In this document: positions 37,195 through 40,333 of the stretch, piece by piece
Layout of the letters: every line of letters starts with the position of its first letter
How positions within the stretch are numbered: position 1 is the first letter of the stretch
Virus record (IMG/VR): IMGVR_UViG_3300048881_000483
Location: 1-40,333 of that record
From: a virus
Taxonomy: Duplodnaviria > Caudoviricetes
DNA: 40,333 bases
Strand: one strand, 5' to 3'
Notes under the pieces: model-generated
Seen by the model: the letters and a program-made list of their open reading frames with translations, nothing else
The model's database searches: none
What the model was told of the DNA's origin: nothing
Position numbers and translations under genes: made by a program

Positions 37195-38535
37195 ATGTCT
37201 GTATTGGATATGGTAAACGCACCTTGGGCGGTTATGCCAGATACTCTGCGTGAAATTCAAAGTATTTACTTGGCACGAATGACGGGAAATGCCCGTGACT
37301 TAATTGAAGTAGAAGCAGCGTTGGGTCGTCCGCTGGATAACCAGCATAAAAATTATGAAGTGATCGACGGTGTGGCGGTTATTCCCGTTCACGGGGTAAT
37401 TGCGAAACGTGCGAATTTATTCAGCGCAATTTCGGGTGGTGTTTCTACTGAATTGGTTGCGCGTGATTTGCAGGCGGCATTAGACGATCGCTCGGTTCAA
37501 TCTATTTTATTTGATGTTGATAGTCCTGGTGGCTCTGTTGATGGCTTACCTGAATTAGCCAATTTGATTTTTGAGTCTCGCGAGCAAAAAAAGATCGTCG
37601 CGCTAGCCAATGGCACGATGGCCTCGGCGGCCTATTGGATTGGTTCAGCGGCTTCAGAAATTTACGCGTCATCAGATACAACTGCGGTAGGCAGTATTGG
37701 TGTTGTTGCAACGCATACTGATGTGTCGGCCGCGCAAGCTGCTGAAGGCGTAAAAACAACAGAAATTTATGCGGGCAAATTTAAGCGCATCGCCACGCAA
37801 TACGAAACGTTAACTGAAGACGGTAAGGCCAGCATTCAAGCGCAGGTTGATTATCTTTACAGCGTGTTCGTGGGTGCGGTTGCCAAGCATAGAGCAATGA
37901 CGACTGACGCCGTATTAGAAAATATGGCCGACGGTCGAATCTTTATTGGTCAGCAATCAGTTGATGCGGGATTAGTAAAAGCCATTCAAACGAAAGAACA
38001 AATTATCAGCATGTTAACGGCTGAGCAGGGCGGTACCGGAGCCACTATTTTTGGCGCGACCGCTGACGATTCAAACCAACCAACCTCTGGAGAGGCTATA
38101 AGCATGAACACAGAAGAAATCGAACAAAAATACCCTGACGCGGCTGCGGCCTTTCGAACGCAAGGTGCTACGGCTGAGCGACAACGTATTCAAGACGTAA
38201 ACGCCCAATCAATACCTGGTCATGAAGCATTGATTGCTGGCTTAGCGTTTGACGGTAAAACAACGGGGCCAGAAGCGGCTGTTCAAGTGTTATCAGCACA
38301 CCGTGAAGAATCTAAAAAGGTTGCCGCCACTCTTGAATCTGATGCGCCAGCAGCGTTGGATTCTGTCGCAAGTGCTGAAGGGGCTCAGGAAGAAACCGAA
38401 ACTGAAGCGACTAACGCGGCAAGCCCTCAGGCAGTAGGGCAGCGAGCAAAAGAATTGGTTGCTGAAGCTGAGGCCGGTGGCAAGAGATTGTCATTGTCAG
38501 CAGCGGTAAAACAGGCCACTGCTGAGCTTAACTAA
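37195..38535 (+). CDS. S49-family head maturation protease (gpC-like) with a C-terminal scaffold domain
   Basis: DSPGG, MASAAYWIGS, GSIGVV, AGKFK. Confidence 0.93.
   Translation: MSVLDMVNAPWAVMPDTLREIQSIYLARMTGNARDLIEVEAALGRPLDNQHKNYEVIDGVAVIPVHGVIAKRANLFSAISGGVSTELVARDLQAALDDRSVQSILFDVDSPGGSVDGLPELANLIFESREQKKIVALANGTMASAAYWIGSAASEIYASSDTTAVGSIGVVATHTDVSAAQAAEGVKTTEIYAGKFKRIATQYETLTEDGKASIQAQVDYLYSVFVGAVAKHRAMTTDAVLENMADGRIFIGQQSVDAGLVKAIQTKEQIISMLTAEQGGTGATIFGATADDSNQPTSGEAISMNTEEIEQKYPDAAAAFRTQGATAERQRIQDVNAQSIPGHEALIAGLAFDGKTTGPEAAVQVLSAHREESKKVAATLESDAPAALDSVASAEGAQEETETEATNAASPQAVGQRAKELVAEAEAGGKRLSLSAAVKQATAELN
38104..38535 (+). CDS. Nested in-frame scaffold protein (Nu3-like)
   Basis: In-frame ATG at 38104 preceded by GGAGAGG; GA.AER.RI motif. 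Confidence 0.6.
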   Translation: MNTEEIEQKYPDAAAAFRTQGATAERQRIQDVNAQSIPGHEALIAGLAFDGKTTGPEAAVQVLSAHREESKKVAATLESDAPAALDSVASAEGAQEETETEATNAASPQAVGQRAKELVAEAEAGGKRLSLSAAVKQATAELN

Positions 38536-38587
38536 GTACAGATTCTGACGGTCTGTTTTTACATTCATTTTAAAAGGAATATTTACG

Positions 38588-38962
38588 ATGGGAACTCCAA
38601 CGTTAAATAAAAATTATATTGCTGAAACAGCAATTAAAAAGTGCCGCATTGTTGTATTTGGTAGTTCAGAAGGTCGTGTGATTCATGCGACATCTGCAAC
38701 GGCAAAATCTATGGGTATCTCTATGGAGCTTGACGCTGATCTAGGTGATCGCGTTGATGTTACTCGTGCTGGTATCGCTGATGTTGAATATGGCGGCAAT
38801 GTAGCAGCGGGTGATGAGCTTACTGCGGATGCAGAAGGTCGTGCGGTTGTTGCAGCGCCTGGTGCGGGTTCGAATGTTCGTATTGTCGGCATCGCAGAAT
38901 ATGACGGTGTGCTTGGTGATATTGGTGCTGCGCTCATTGGTTGCGGTTCTATGCAGGGTTAA
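38588..38962 (+). CDS. Head decoration / capsid cement protein (DUF2190-like)
   Basis: G.A.VE.GG.V.AGD.L.ADA.GRAV motif; directly upstream of the capsid gene. Confidence 0.75.
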   Translation: MGTPTLNKNYIAETAIKKCRIVVFGSSEGRVIHATSATAKSMGISMELDADLGDRVDVTRAGIADVEYGGNVAAGDELTADAEGRAVVAAPGAGSNVRIVGIAEYDGVLGDIGAALIGCGSMQG

Positions 38963-39021
38963 CCCTGCATTCGTTCGTTATTTTTGATTCTTAATTCATT
39001 ATTAAATTATAAAGGCTAAGT

Positions 39022-39948
39022 ATGAATACTCCTTTTCCAGTCGATCCAGTTCAAACAGCAATTGCAATTGCATACACCAATCCAAAATTAATTGCAGATT
39101 CTGTCATGCCGCGAGTGCCTGTTGGTCGTGAACTTTTTAAATACAAAGAGCATACCCTTGCTGAAAGTTTTACCGTTCCAGATACCAAGGTTGGCCGTAA
39201 ATCTAAAACCAATCAGGTTTCGTTTACCTCAAAGGATAAAACAGATTCAACTGAAGATTTTGGTTTGGAAGACCCAATTCCATTCAGTGATATTGAACAA
39301 GCGCCAGAAGGGTTTGACCCGTTGGATCATTCAACTGAGTACCTAACAGGCTTGATTGGCTTGGGTCGTGAAATACGTACAGCAGGTATTATTTTTGATC
39401 CTGCGACCTATGGTGCTAATAACAAAAAGACACTATCGGGAACGGGTCAATGGTCAGATTCAGCATCTGATCCGCTGCTTGAAATTTTACATGCATTGGA
39501 TAAATGCATCATGCGCCCCAATAAAATGACCATTGGTCGCAAGGCTTATACAGCACTAGCAACGCATCCAATCATTGTAAAAGCCACCAATGGTAATAGC
39601 GGTGATTCTGGCATGGCATCACGTCAAGCGATTGCTGAGCTACTTGAGCTTGATGAAATCAACGTGGGTGAAGGTTTTGTAAATCTTGCCCGTAAAGGCC
39701 AGCCAGTGAACATGCAGCGTGTATGGGGTAATCACGTTGCATTAACCTATATTGATGCGACTGCGCGTCCTAATTCTGGTACTACTTTTGCCTTCACTGC
39801 TGAATACGGAACTCGTATTTCTGGTGCTATGTTTGATAAAGACATTGGTGCAAAAGGCGGGCAGATGAATCGTGTTGTCGAGTCGCTAAAAGAAGTTGTA
39901 GCAGCGCCTGATTTAGGCTTCTTCCTGCAAGATGTTATTGCGGCCTAG
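39022..39948 (+). CDS. Major capsid protein
   Basis: DP..T.IA..Y.N...IAD.V.P.V; LSGT.QWSD..SDP; RPN; 308 aa; synteny. Confidence 0.88.
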   Translation: MNTPFPVDPVQTAIAIAYTNPKLIADSVMPRVPVGRELFKYKEHTLAESFTVPDTKVGRKSKTNQVSFTSKDKTDSTEDFGLEDPIPFSDIEQAPEGFDPLDHSTEYLTGLIGLGREIRTAGIIFDPATYGANNKKTLSGTGQWSDSASDPLLEILHALDKCIMRPNKMTIGRKAYTALATHPIIVKATNGNSGDSGMASRQAIAELLELDEINVGEGFVNLARKGQPVNMQRVWGNHVALTYIDATARPNSGTTFAFTAEYGTRISGAMFDKDIGAKGGQMNRVVESLKEVVAAPDLGFFLQDVIAA

Positions 39949-39957
39949 TCTTTAATC

Positions 39958-39986
39958 ATTTTGCAGAGTTAATCGCTCTGCAAAAT
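39958..39986 (+). terminator. Hairpin downstream of the capsid gene
   Basis: ATTTTGCAGAG-N7-CTCTGCAAAAT. Confidence 0.55.
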
Positions 39987-40013
39987 CATTCACCATTTTT
40001 AGGATGAGAAATC

Positions 40014-40333
40014 ATGGCTAATAAAAAATACCCTGTTAACTGGTTGTTATCGCATAACAAGAAAGATTATGAGGCGGGCGATTCTGTTTCGTTATCAGAA
40101 TCAGAAGCGACTCGCCTTCTTGCTTGCGGTGTTATCTCTGAGCCAGTCGTGACTAAAAAGAAGTCTACATCGAAGGCCGATAAAGCCGCTGCTGAGAAAG
40201 CTGAAGCCGATAAGGTAGCTGCTGAGAAAGCTGAAGCCGATAAGGTAGCTGCTGAGAAAGCTGAAGCCGATAAGGTAGCTGCTGAGAAAGCTGAAGCCGA
40301 TAAGGTAGCTGCTGAGAAAGCTGAAGCCGATAA
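40014..40333 (+). CDS. 5' part of the capsid-adjacent (gpFI-like) protein MANKKYPVNWLLSHNKKDYEAGDSVSLSESEATRLLACGVI..., running into the Ala/Lys/Glu repeats; absent from the ORF track
   Basis: ATG at 40014, open to the window end; H....Y..GD.V.L....A..L...G.I motif. Confidence 0.85.
   Translation, partial: MANKKYPVNWLLSHNKKDYEAGDSVSLSESEATRLLACGVISEPVVTKKKSTSKADKAAAEKAEADKVAAEKAEADKVAAEKAEADKVAAEKAEADKVAAEKAEAD
40176..40333 (+). repeat. 30-bp tandem repeat (1 variant + 4 canonical + partial unit); 40207-40333 is identical to 1-127
   Basis: Directly visible. Confidence 0.98.

Noticed and set aside
624-39346. Many short antisense or out-of-frame ORFs in the track (e.g. 624-935, 20039-20440, 27869-28243, 30443-30670)
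   Set aside because: They are nested in well-supported genes or the putative origin, with no motifs or RBS
40207-40333. 127-bp terminal identity as a biological direct terminal repeat
   Set aside because: Length matches a common assembler k-mer, it lies inside a coding repeat, and the gpA-type terminase points to cos ends elsewhere
1-40333. tRNA/rRNA genes and IS elements
   Set aside because: No cloverleaf, rRNA-like segment or transposase was recognised by eye; tRNAscan/Infernal were not run

Overview
The window looks like the complete, circularly closed genome (~40.2 kb) of a temperate lambda-like siphovirus, probably infecting a gammaproteobacterium. The last 127 nt (40207-40333) repeat the first 127 nt, inside a 30-bp coding tandem repeat. 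Gene order: head completion and tail genes (1-15187), including an unusual 1279-aa Ig/cadherin-SGNH protein; an accessory cassette (15184-17030); an intact attP with a dusA-type core and a tyrosine integrase (17130-18628); a proteasome/HslV-fold moron; an early leftward operon (C5 methyltransferase, SutA-like, PrtN-like, DEDDh exonuclease, DUF2303); a cI/cro/cII switch; primase, helicase and putative origin; a Q-like regulator; lysis genes; and a lambda-type packaging and head module. The most unusual elements are: (i) a plasmid-like KorC-type regulator paired with a mini HsdS-TRD-like gene behind twin palindromic operators; (ii) a giant enzymatic/adhesive protein in the head-tail junction; (iii) a tail assembly chaperone with an N-terminal transmembrane helix; (iv) a replacement dusA 5' end and promoter in attP; (v) a CI repressor whose catalytic Ser appears replaced by Thr; (vi) enrichment of CGATCG sites. 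All family calls come from motif recognition by eye; no database searches were run.
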